From contig JAJECK010000005.1 of assembly GCA_022822085.1 (NCBI GenBank), positions 6,048-70,047 of the forward strand: a DNA stretch of 64,000 nt, written 5' to 3'. Below the pieces are notes generated by a model that saw nothing but the letters and a program-made list of their open reading frames with translations, ran no database searches and had not been told where the DNA came from. Of the stretch, positions 30,012 to 39,034 are shown piece by piece (positions within the stretch are counted from its first letter, which is position 1; every line of letters begins with the position of its first letter). Made by a program: the position numbers and the translations under genes. The stretch comes from Candidatus Poribacteria bacterium (lineage in GTDB: Bacteria; Poribacteria; WGA-4E; WGA-3G).

Positions 30012-30280
30012 ATGCTCCAAGGATTTATACTGTCCGTTTAACACGTCGTGCGGAACAGGAACTACGTCGCTTACCTAACGATGTCATTAGCCGTATTGAT
30101 GAAATTTTCGATCAATTGAGACAGAATCCGCGTCCACATGGTGTTGTTAAACTTACTGGACAAAAAGATTCACATTGGCGGCTAAGAGTTGGGACATATC
30201 GAATACTATATCAAATTGACGATCAACGTTGGCGTGTTGACGTTTATCGAATCAAACATCGCAGAGAAGTATATCGTTAG
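30012..30280 (+). CDS. RelE/ParE-family toxin
   Basis: About 89 aa. RILYQIDDQRWRVDVYRIKHRREVY matches the RelE/ParE C-terminal core. Confidence 0.7.
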
Positions 30281-30361
30281 TGATATGTAAATTTTATGTC
30301 CATCAGTATATGTTATGTCAAGAACCCAAAGATAATAATGAATTAAGTTCCCCCATTTATC

Positions 30362-31852
30362 TTACTTCAACGTGTTCACGTTATTCTCAGACTTGGTATA
30401 GTCTATATATACTGTGGGATTAGTGCCGTTGAGATACTCTTCAATGTTAGTGTAACCATCGTTGTCTGTATCCTTTGAGGTATCAGAACCATCATTGGGA
30501 TCAAACCCGTACCGCTTTTCCCATACATCTGGCATACCGTCCCTGTCGCTGTCAAGCGGTGCCGGCAGACTTTTGAGTTCCGGCCACCCACCGACATCTT
30601 TCTGTGAGTCAATCATACCGCATTTTTTAGATTTATCGGGAACAGATGATCGCTTTTTGTATGTTGCCCCTTCATAAGTGGCATAGCCGTTTCGGGTTTC
30701 GTCAACAATGCGTGTGTCTATGGCATCGCGTTTAGGCAATGAGGCACCAACACGCTCGAGAACAGCCTGATACGCCTCTTCAGCAGTTTGCTGATTGATA
30801 GGCATAGATTCAAAAGGTCTATGAAGTCTTAGTGGATGTGGACCGTATGGACTACGACCCGCTGGCTGCACACCAGCGGTCCAGTTTTTGCCGGTAACTC
30901 TAAGGTTGCCATAAACAACATTATCTTCCACATACCACTTACCAAACCCGTCGTCCGAGCCGCTCGATGATGGGTTTACAATGCGGTATGTCGTGTGACC
31001 CGGACGGGTTGCGGGGCCCGGCTTAAAATAGTTTGCCACCATGTTGACAACGGTAAAGTTAAACCTCTCATCGCCTGTGTGTTCTTTTTCACCACCGTAG
31101 ACACTGTTATAACCCCAGTTGTATATCACATTATTTCTGAAATCGTTATATCCGCAACCAGATGCAAAACGGGGATTGCGACTGCTGTGGTGCGCAAACA
31201 GGTTATGATGGTACGTGCTACGGTTTGAGCCCCATATTCCGCCATACCCATGAGCACCTTTTTCATGTCCGGCAAAATACAAACTTTCTGATATCAAACA
31301 CCATTGAATCGTTACATTTTCGCAATAGTAGATAAATACTGTCTCATCTATACTCCAACTTGCCGACACATGGTCAAGGATAATGTTCTTATGATATCTT
31401 CCCGATATTGCATCTGCATCATTATCCGTTTCATCTCCTAATCTCACCCTGATATACCTGATAATTACTTCATCGGCATTGATTGTGAGTTGATATTTCT
31501 TAATACAGATACCGTCTCCTGGTGCTGTTTGCCCGGCAATGGTGATATAGGGATTGGAAATTGTCAATGGACTTTCAAGGGTGATAGTACCTGATACCGT
31601 AAATACGACTGTCCGTGGTCCTTTCGTTTCCACTGCTTTGCGCAAGCTGCCTGGTCCGGAGTCATTCAGATTTGTCACCAGAATTACTTTCCCACCTCTA
31701 CCACCGCGAGTGACAGCACCATAACCTTCTGCGCCAGGAAATGCGGGCACAGTTGGCATATCCGCTAACACGTCTGGCATTAGCGCGAGAATGCCAAAAC
31801 ATATAAGCAGTAGGTATTTGTGGAGGCGTGTTGGGATGTAGCGTTTATTCAT
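30362..31852 (-). CDS. Secreted pectate-lyase-like parallel beta-helix enzyme with C-terminal dockerin / TSP3-type Ca-binding repeats
   Basis: Signal peptide. ILDHVSASWSIDE (WIDH-like). Asn-ladder beta-helix repeats. C-terminus DSDRDGMPDVWEKRYGFDPNDGSDTSKDTDNDGYTNIEEYLNGTNP. Confidence 0.55.
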   Translation of the reverse strand: MNKRYIPTRLHKYLLLICFGILALMPDVLADMPTVPAFPGAEGYGAVTRGGRGGKVILVTNLNDSGPGSLRKAVETKGPRTVVFTVSGTITLESPLTISNPYITIAGQTAPGDGICIKKYQLTINADEVIIRYIRVRLGDETDNDADAISGRYHKNIILDHVSASWSIDETVFIYYCENVTIQWCLISESLYFAGHEKGAHGYGGIWGSNRSTYHHNLFAHHSSRNPRFASGCGYNDFRNNVIYNWGYNSVYGGEKEHTGDERFNFTVVNMVANYFKPGPATRPGHTTYRIVNPSSSGSDDGFGKWYVEDNVVYGNLRVTGKNWTAGVQPAGRSPYGPHPLRLHRPFESMPINQQTAEEAYQAVLERVGASLPKRDAIDTRIVDETRNGYATYEGATYKKRSSVPDKSKKCGMIDSQKDVGGWPELKSLPAPLDSDRDGMPDVWEKRYGFDPNDGSDTSKDTDNDGYTNIEEYLNGTNPTVYIDYTKSENNVNTLK

Positions 31853-31863
31853 AGATTTGTCAT

Positions 31864-32208
31864 CTATTTGCTAATGTAAATCTTACCATTCTGGCGCATT
31901 ATAGTAACGCCTTCTAGAAGTTTAATCGTAGATGTTCCAGAACCTAAAAGCTTATTGTCTATAGAAACACCTGGACTTTCCTTTTTGATCCTGTGTCCAT
32001 CAGTAATTTTTACAAGTTGATAGCCATGCTTCTCAAGCCATTGTCTCGATGCATCTTCATCCAAATAACCATCCGGAGTTGATGGAGGTGCCGGTTGTGA
32101 CGGTTCAGTTGTTACCCCAGGCGTTGTTGTTGGCGATTTAGTTTGCTGTTGATTACAACCCACTATAAACGCAATTATCATTATCGTAACTACCATTTTA
32201 ATTTTCAT
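31864..32208 (-). CDS. Small lipoprotein
   Basis: Lipobox IVGC at the end of the signal peptide. Pro/Thr-rich linker. Confidence 0.5.
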   Translation of the reverse strand: MKIKMVVTIMIIAFIVGCNQQQTKSPTTTPGVTTEPSQPAPPSTPDGYLDEDASRQWLEKHGYQLVKITDGHRIKKESPGVSIDNKLLGSGTSTIKLLEGVTIMRQNGKIYISK

Positions 32209-32279
32209 TAGTAATTATCTCCTTTTAGTTATAACGCGCGGGATTGATTTCTCCGCGCAGGATATATAGCTCAACGTTT

Positions 32280-32654
32280 TCACTCAATATGCATATCTTG
32301 GTTTTCTTTTACTAAAGATATAACTTGATTTGCAAAATCATCATCAACTATCAGGTCTGAGATATTTATAGTTATTCGTTTAGCATCTACATCATGGTTA
32401 ATATGACTGATGAAATCCCAAAGATCCTCACTGGCATATTTTGCTGCAATTTTAAGGGACTTATCTGAGCCATACTTCTTTAACAATCCCAATAAATGTG
32501 GATCTGAGATACCTACAAGATTAGTCTCATATTCATCAATAAAGTGCAATGCGACACGCCGTGCAAGCGGAAACAAAGTCGCAGCTAATTTCTCTTTACG
32601 GATTCTCTCTTTTCTTTCTCTTATTGCTTGTAAACCTAACATAAATCCGTACAC
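32280..32654 (-). CDS. Hypothetical protein
   Basis: ORF with coding-like composition only. Confidence 0.35.
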   Translation of the reverse strand: MYGFMLGLQAIRERKERIRKEKLAATLFPLARRVALHFIDEYETNLVGISDPHLLGLLKKYGSDKSLKIAAKYASEDLWDFISHINHDVDAKRITINISDLIVDDDFANQVISLVKENQDMHIE

Positions 32655-32803
32655 TTTAATAACCTCCGAGTATGACTATACCACAAAAAAGACTAAACCT
32701 CAAGTTAAAATGTTCACAGGTGTAAACTTAAGAAAATTTCTGTGTTTATATGAACACTACTCAATACACATTATGGTTGAGACTTTCCTGTATTTAGTCC
32801 CTA

Positions 32804-32916
32804 ATGAAGATTAAGAATTTAATCGGGTAATGTGGCGAGGTTAGGAAACCTCGCCAGCAGGAGTACAACTGTCTTCGCCCAAAAGAAAAAGGACCCAATT
32901 AATAAGTTAATCTTCA
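32804..32916. mobile_element. MITE-like element, copy 2 (113 bp, internal deletion variant)
   Basis: ATGAAGATTAAGAATTTAATCGGG...ggcgaggttaggaaacctcgccagc...AAAAAGGACCCAATTAATAAGTTAATCTTCAT. Followed immediately by acgggactgaaga, which matches the REP core. Confidence 0.65.
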
Positions 32917-33046
32917 TACGGGACTGAAGACCAGGACCCACATTCGGAAGATTCTTAAGTTGACAGTTATGGGTTTCACTACGTTTTACCAACCGACAAA
33001 CTTAGGTTATTTGTAATACTCAATTAAAGGCCCTATCTTGCAACCG

Positions 33047-34006
33047 TTAACGCCTAAGCAACTGACTATTTTTGAGGTATTTATAGAGTTCACTATCGGT
33101 TGTCAAGATGAGTTTCGTGCTCTCGTTTGTTGACTTGCGATAGGTCTCTAAGGTTTGTAGGAAGGCGAAAAATTCAGGGTCTTTGCCGTGTGCTTCTGCA
33201 TAAATCTGGATAGCTTGCGCATCAGCATCCCCTTTAATCTGTTCCGCTTCCTTGTATGCCTCTGATTGGATACGTTCTAATTCTTTCTGTTTCTGTCCCA
33301 TGATATTTGCCGCTTCGCCTTCGCCTTCCGATTTGTATTTCTCAGAGATACGTTGGCGTTCAGAAATCATTTGGTCAAAGACTTTCTGTCGGACTTCGTC
33401 TACATAGTTGATCCGTTTTATGCGTACATCAACAAGTTCTATGCCGAATCGTGGTACTGCCTCGCGTGCTTTTTCAAGGATTTTTTGTGTAATATCTTCC
33501 CTGCCAATCTGTATCTCTTCTAACTGCTCTTTGGTTTGACCTTCTTCTTCTCCAAGCATTTCCGCATCAAGTTCTAACACTCTGTTTGAATTTCGCACAA
33601 CTTCAATTAATATATGTGCTGTTACTAAATCCCGCGCGGCGGAATCTATAATATCATCAAGTCGTGATTGTGCAAGTATTTCTGTTCCGAGTGCTTGATA
33701 GAAGATGAGAGCGTCTTTTATTCGCCATCGTGCCGTTGTGTCAAGCCAGATGAATCTCTTGTCTTTGGTTGGTATTTGGTTTGGGGATCCGTCCCACTCC
33801 ATGATGCGTTTTTCAAAGCGATGTACCTGTTGAATGAATGGTGTCTTTATCTTTAAACCTGCATTGACAGTGGGTTCACCCACGGGGCGACCAAATTCAG
33901 TAATAACAACCTGTTCACCTTCTTTTACAATATAGAATGCACCTGAGGCAAATATAATCCCTATAATAACAACGATAATCAATGGGACCAGTATCTTGAA
34001 TTTCAT
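33047..34006 (-). CDS. hflC: HflC (SPFH/band-7 protease modulator)
   Basis: N-terminal TM helix, SPFH domain, and pairing with hflK upstream. Confidence 0.85.
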   Translation of the reverse strand: MKFKILVPLIIVVIIGIIFASGAFYIVKEGEQVVITEFGRPVGEPTVNAGLKIKTPFIQQVHRFEKRIMEWDGSPNQIPTKDKRFIWLDTTARWRIKDALIFYQALGTEILAQSRLDDIIDSAARDLVTAHILIEVVRNSNRVLELDAEMLGEEEGQTKEQLEEIQIGREDITQKILEKAREAVPRFGIELVDVRIKRINYVDEVRQKVFDQMISERQRISEKYKSEGEGEAANIMGQKQKELERIQSEAYKEAEQIKGDADAQAIQIYAEAHGKDPEFFAFLQTLETYRKSTNESTKLILTTDSELYKYLKNSQLLRR

Positions 34007-34047
34007 GAGTAGTCTCCTTTTGTGTTGATATGGTAATCTGTTGTAAA

Positions 34048-34995
34048 TTACTCTTTCAGCTGCAGAATTGGGATTGGTGTGTTTGCTTTATCGTCAATGA
34101 TATAAATCTCTTTAACTTTTGGCAAAACTTCCTGCATCGCTTCCAGATAGAGTCGTTGGCGTGTTACCTCTTTTGCTTTTTGATATTCTGTCCGTATTGC
34201 GTTGAATTTATCTGCGTCGCCTTGTGCTTGGTTGACTCGTTTCAGTGCGTAGCCTTGTGCTTCTGAAATTTGTTGCTGTGCCAACCCTTTGGATTTCGGG
34301 ACAGATTGGTTATAATCCCGCCACGCTTCATTGATGAGCCGTTCTTTTTCCTGCTTCGCCTCGTTAACTGCGTTAAATGCAGATTTCACCTTTTCTGGTG
34401 GATTTACATCCTGCAGGGTCACAGTCGTTACATCCAAACCCGTTTCATATAAATCCAACAGAGTCTGCAGATGTTGTTCGACTTTTCCTGCAATTTCTAT
34501 ACGTCCGATGGTCAGCACTTCGGTAACAGTGTGGTCCCCGATTACCCGGCTCATGACTGATTCTGATAGGTCGCGCAAAGCACGCTGAGGGTTCCTCACG
34601 AAAAACAGAAACTTTTGAGGGTCCTTAATTTTATATTGGACTACCCATTCAACATCGGCGATGCTTAAATCTCCTGTCAGCAGCAAGGATTCCTCCGGGT
34701 AATCTCGTGTGTCGTACTGGGTGCGAACGCCTGCTTTGCGAGTCCGAAATCCGAATTCTTCTTTGAAGACCTTTCTGACCGGAACATTTATTGCTTTCTC
34801 AATACCAAGTGGTAACTTGAAATGGAGACCGGGTTCGGATTGTCTGACAGATTTGCCGAACAAAAGAACGACAGCAATTTCATCTGCTTCAACGGTATAA
34901 AAACTCGTGGCTAAGCATACCAAGATTAGTAATCCAAGTATGACAAATAAAATACGTTTCGGGTTAATTAGAGTCAAAAAATCGGTTAGATCCAT
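34048..34995 (-). CDS. hflK: HflK (SPFH/band-7 protease modulator)
   Basis: TM helix plus SPFH domain. Adjacent to hflC. Confidence 0.85.
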   Translation of the reverse strand: MDLTDFLTLINPKRILFVILGLLILVCLATSFYTVEADEIAVVLLFGKSVRQSEPGLHFKLPLGIEKAINVPVRKVFKEEFGFRTRKAGVRTQYDTRDYPEESLLLTGDLSIADVEWVVQYKIKDPQKFLFFVRNPQRALRDLSESVMSRVIGDHTVTEVLTIGRIEIAGKVEQHLQTLLDLYETGLDVTTVTLQDVNPPEKVKSAFNAVNEAKQEKERLINEAWRDYNQSVPKSKGLAQQQISEAQGYALKRVNQAQGDADKFNAIRTEYQKAKEVTRQRLYLEAMQEVLPKVKEIYIIDDKANTPIPILQLKE

Positions 34996-35026
34996 TTTAT
35001 TCTCCTTTATATTATTGAACGGTGTA

Positions 35027-36010
35027 TTAAATTTCGTATCTGACTAACTTCCGCGCAGCATCAACAATCTGTTCTGTATCAGGGATAACAAAGTTCTCCA
35101 TCACAGGGGCAAACGGGACAGGAACAGGGGCAGCGGCAACACGTTCGATCGGTGCATCAAGGTAGTCAAACGCTTCACGCACTACCAACGCAGCGATCTC
35201 TGCACCAAATCCCGCCCTACCAACAGCTTCATGGGCAATTAACAAGCGATTTGTCTTCTTAACGGATTCGAAAATTGTTTCTTTGTCAAGCGGCATCAAT
35301 GTCCGCGGGTCAACAATTTCAGCGGAGATTCCTTCTTCGGCAAGTTCATCCGCTGCAGCGAGTGCTTTCAGCACCATACGCGATGTCGCTAAAATCGTTA
35401 TATCCTCACCTTCTCTTTTAATATCTGCTTCTCCTAACGGAATTGTGTACTCCTCATCTGGAATCTCACCCTCCTCCGTATAAAGCAGTTTATGTTCAAT
35501 GAACATAATTGGGTTGTCATTTCGGATAGCGGTTTTCAGCAAACCTTTTGCATCATAAGGTGTAGCAGGCATTATTACAAGGAGTCCAGGAATATGTACA
35601 AACCATGCCTCAAGACTCTGTGCGTGTTGTGCAGCGGAGGATCGTCCTGCCCCACCTTGCGTGCGGATAACAAGTGGGACATCTAACTGTCCACCCACCA
35701 TATATCTTATTTTGGCAACTTGATTAACTATCTGGTCCATACCGACTGCAGTGAAGTCAATGTACATCAGTTCTGCCACCGGACGCATACCTGTTACAGC
35801 AGCCCCCAATGCTGTGCCGATGATAGCTGCTTCAGAAATCGGTGTGTTACGGATACGATCTTTACCAAATTGCTTAAAGAGGCCATCAGTAACCTTATAT
35901 GCACCACCGTATTCAGCAATATCTTCCCCCATGAGAAAGACCGCATTGTCCCTTTCCATCTCCTCTATCAGTGCTTCTTTTAAAGCATCACGATAGGTAA
36001 TTGTTTTCAT
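35027..36010 (-). CDS. 2-oxoacid dehydrogenase E1 component beta subunit (transketolase-like)
   Basis: Typical E1-beta sequence: FLMGEDIAEYGGAYKVTDGL...RIRNTPISEAAIIGTALGAAVTGMRP... Confidence 0.85.
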   Translation of the reverse strand: MKTITYRDALKEALIEEMERDNAVFLMGEDIAEYGGAYKVTDGLFKQFGKDRIRNTPISEAAIIGTALGAAVTGMRPVAELMYIDFTAVGMDQIVNQVAKIRYMVGGQLDVPLVIRTQGGAGRSSAAQHAQSLEAWFVHIPGLLVIMPATPYDAKGLLKTAIRNDNPIMFIEHKLLYTEEGEIPDEEYTIPLGEADIKREGEDITILATSRMVLKALAAADELAEEGISAEIVDPRTLMPLDKETIFESVKKTNRLLIAHEAVGRAGFGAEIAALVVREAFDYLDAPIERVAAAPVPVPFAPVMENFVIPDTEQIVDAARKLVRYEI

Positions 36011-36081
36011 GTTTTGTTTATTCCTTTCAGTATCTATATTCTATTCCCGTATGTATTTATATTCTCTACCACTTTATCACT

Positions 36082-37704
36082 TTACCTTTCTGATGAAGGA
36101 CGTTCTTGCATTATAGGAATGACATAACTACGGACTGACATTCCGTTCACAGTCTCTGTTTCCACTCTCGGTTCAGGATTATCTCGGTGATCAAACACGA
36201 CATAGTAACCTGCTTTGACACGTTCTAATTCCATATACGCTGCGAGTTGTTTTTTACCTGTAGCATAACGATTTTTACCTTCCCAAATTTTTGTTTCAAC
36301 AATATATTTCTGTTGATTGTGTATGAGAAGAAGATCCATTCTACCACGTCCTGTTTGCACTTCCAGATACAAATTTCCTCCTACACTTCGGACGAACTGA
36401 TCAAGGTATGCATATAGTAGGTGCTGACCAATATACTCTCTCGGCTTATCTGGTACTTGCAAGATACGAAAACCTGCACGTGCAATAAAATCTCTGAAGT
36501 TATCAAGTAGGCGCGGCATATCAATCTGTCCATCGGAAGTTAGATAATCTAAAGAACATTCATCCCGCTCTTCAGAGAAATATTCGTTCTCCAACCCATT
36601 TACCATTGGTTTGAATGTCCGCATGATACGATAAAGATATATCGGATTAGCAATCTCACACATTTTATCAGTAGATTCTCGTATAACACCATAAGTTGCA
36701 AGTTCACTGATGATGTCGTCATCTAAATTGAAGTCTACACCCTGATCACGAGCCATAATTTTCATCAACATACTCTCAAAACGTTTATCTCTACGAATAT
36801 TTGTAGTTAGATGTTGTATATTTACGTTTTGTTCGCGGAGGATCTTTGTATGTGCATCTGAAAAGTGTAATTGATTTATGGTTTCAGTTTTAGGAATCTC
36901 CATTTCCTCAGTGAGGATTTGGCCGATGCGGTTAACTAAGAAAGGTTGTCCTCCTGTCTGTGTATGGAGAGTTTTGATGCCTTCTGGTGCAAAGGATTGC
37001 CCTACTTCATCCGTATATTGCCCAAATAGGTCTTGTATTTGCTCTAATGTAAAGTTAGGTAATAGAAACTCGTCTTGGACATTAAACGGGGAAACTGAAC
37101 GATCATAGTTAAGTTGATTTATACTCTTAACACCTACTATTCCAACACTGTGTGGACAATGAAGTTCATCAGAGAGATATACGGTTCTTAAAGCGTATAA
37201 GAATTCACTTACAACGTTTTGAGGGATACCATCAAATTCGTCTATGAGTAACACAACTTTGTTATGTGTGGACACATTATTATCTGCATCGTTATCCAAC
37301 AAATTTGAGAGATGTTTAAAAAACATTATCAAAGAAAAGTCATCTGATATGGTTGTGTTGTTCAAGAACTCCTTTAACTCATCAGAAGGTCCACTTCCTC
37401 GTTTTTTGAATACACTCTCGATTTGCATACCTAACATTTGGTATAACCTATCGTAAAAAATGGGAGGCGAACAATTGCGCATTATTTGGAAATCCAATTG
37501 AATTGGAAAATAGGATGGGTCATTTGTAGAAAGGGTATCAAGTGCCATTCGAAAGAAAGTGGTTTTACCTGTTTGGCGGGGTGCGAACAGAACGATATAT
37601 CGTCCATCCTTGACACGCATGTTGAAGTCATCTATTTCTTTAGTACGTGGTACTACATAGTGCTTATCAGGGTAAACGCGTCCTTGTGTTCCAAAACGTC
37701 TCAT
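36082..37704 (-). CDS. AAA-ATPase-like N-domain fused to a PD-(D/E)xK nuclease-like C-domain (PDDEXK_9-type architecture)
   Basis: P-loop APRQTGKTTFF. Walker B LLIDEFD. C-terminal GRGRMDLLLIH...YIVETKIWEG matches the PD-(D/E)xK pattern. Confidence 0.5.
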   Translation of the reverse strand: MRRFGTQGRVYPDKHYVVPRTKEIDDFNMRVKDGRYIVLFAPRQTGKTTFFRMALDTLSTNDPSYFPIQLDFQIMRNCSPPIFYDRLYQMLGMQIESVFKKRGSGPSDELKEFLNNTTISDDFSLIMFFKHLSNLLDNDADNNVSTHNKVVLLIDEFDGIPQNVVSEFLYALRTVYLSDELHCPHSVGIVGVKSINQLNYDRSVSPFNVQDEFLLPNFTLEQIQDLFGQYTDEVGQSFAPEGIKTLHTQTGGQPFLVNRIGQILTEEMEIPKTETINQLHFSDAHTKILREQNVNIQHLTTNIRRDKRFESMLMKIMARDQGVDFNLDDDIISELATYGVIRESTDKMCEIANPIYLYRIMRTFKPMVNGLENEYFSEERDECSLDYLTSDGQIDMPRLLDNFRDFIARAGFRILQVPDKPREYIGQHLLYAYLDQFVRSVGGNLYLEVQTGRGRMDLLLIHNQQKYIVETKIWEGKNRYATGKKQLAAYMELERVKAGYYVVFDHRDNPEPRVETETVNGMSVRSYVIPIMQERPSSER

Positions 37705-37748
37705 TCTTTATCCTCGTTGTGGAAGTGAATTATCAGTCAGCTTGTATA

Positions 37749-39008
37749 TTAAACAGACAAACAAGAGTTGCCTTCAAAAACTACTCCAAGATTATCTTCT
37801 CCACGAATAAACGCTGCATGCCCATCGGTTTTAAAGGTATTACCATAGAAACGGATGTTGCGGATTCCATCGGTCATGCAGTCCACAGCAGCGGGATTTC
37901 CTGTAGTAGATTTAGAAGATATGATTGTATTCTGATAAATAGTCGTATTTCTAATACCGCCATTTGAACCTGTTGACCATAGGTGAACACCACCATAAGT
38001 ATTTTTTCGACCATCGTTTTCACTGAGATTATAACGAATTACGTTATTATGAAATGCCTTTGCCCCTTCAAATTGTGCCATTAGATATCCTGCCCCATCA
38101 TTTTCGTGCGAATAGTTATATTGCACAATTGAATTCCGCACACCTCCATCCAGATCAAACCCCCCACCGTCTTTTTTGCTGTTTGTTCGGTTATGATGCG
38201 ATTCGTTTCTCTGAATTAGCACACGATTTGAATCCCATGCCCATATTCCAACGGGTCCACCGACATCACAATCGTTGTACCTGCCGTTATCATATACCTT
38301 ACAATGTTCAATTGTGGCACCATCCACTTGTCCAAGGACTATTCCGTTTCCTGAATGACTTCCCTTCCCTGGAATACCAAAGTTTTTAAAGACACGACAT
38401 TTCGCAATATAGATGTCAGAGTGTGAATATCTTGTTTCTTCAGGATTCCAACTGCCTATACAGTTTATTCCCGTGTCTCCGTTGTCATGAACAGTAGCAT
38501 GTGTTATTTTTACATTGCTAAACCCACACAGCCCACCCTCAATAGGTTGTGCTGCGATATTAATCCCAGCGAACTTAAAACCGCTGATGTTAACATTCTC
38601 AATGTGTAGATGCTTTAACTTCTTGTGTTCTGGTAGTGTATTTACAAACCAGATCCCAGAATTGATATTCTGTTCTGTTCCCGCCCCAACGAAATTAAGA
38701 TCAATTATTCGCACATCACCTATGTTTTCGGCGTAAAAACCAGCACCAATTCCAGCATCTATCGTCGCCCTTCCACCACCATAAGAACTGAATGTTATAC
38801 TTTCATCTGCAATATCTATATCTATATCTGTATCTGTATCTGCAAAAGTCGGGGTTAGGTTCCCCTTGAATGTCTGATCGCCTTGAAACAACACCGAATC
38901 ACCCGGTAATAATTGCTCTGCATTTACACGGTCAATACTTTGCCACGGATACTTATGCGAAATACCTGAGTTTGAATCGTTACCGAATGGACTGATATAG
39001 TAATCCAT
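37749..39008 (-). CDS. Right-handed parallel beta-helix repeat protein (pectin-lyase fold)
   Basis: Repeated G/N-rich beta-helix rungs (NVNISGFKFAGINI, VHDNGDTGINC, YDNGRYNDCDVGG...). No obvious signal peptide. Confidence 0.55.
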   Translation of the reverse strand: MDYYISPFGNDSNSGISHKYPWQSIDRVNAEQLLPGDSVLFQGDQTFKGNLTPTFADTDTDIDIDIADESITFSSYGGGRATIDAGIGAGFYAENIGDVRIIDLNFVGAGTEQNINSGIWFVNTLPEHKKLKHLHIENVNISGFKFAGINIAAQPIEGGLCGFSNVKITHATVHDNGDTGINCIGSWNPEETRYSHSDIYIAKCRVFKNFGIPGKGSHSGNGIVLGQVDGATIEHCKVYDNGRYNDCDVGGPVGIWAWDSNRVLIQRNESHHNRTNSKKDGGGFDLDGGVRNSIVQYNYSHENDGAGYLMAQFEGAKAFHNNVIRYNLSENDGRKNTYGGVHLWSTGSNGGIRNTTIYQNTIISSKSTTGNPAAVDCMTDGIRNIRFYGNTFKTDGHAAFIRGEDNLGVVFEGNSCLSV

Positions 39009-39034
39009 TGACTTTATGTTTGCCTAATTTGAAT

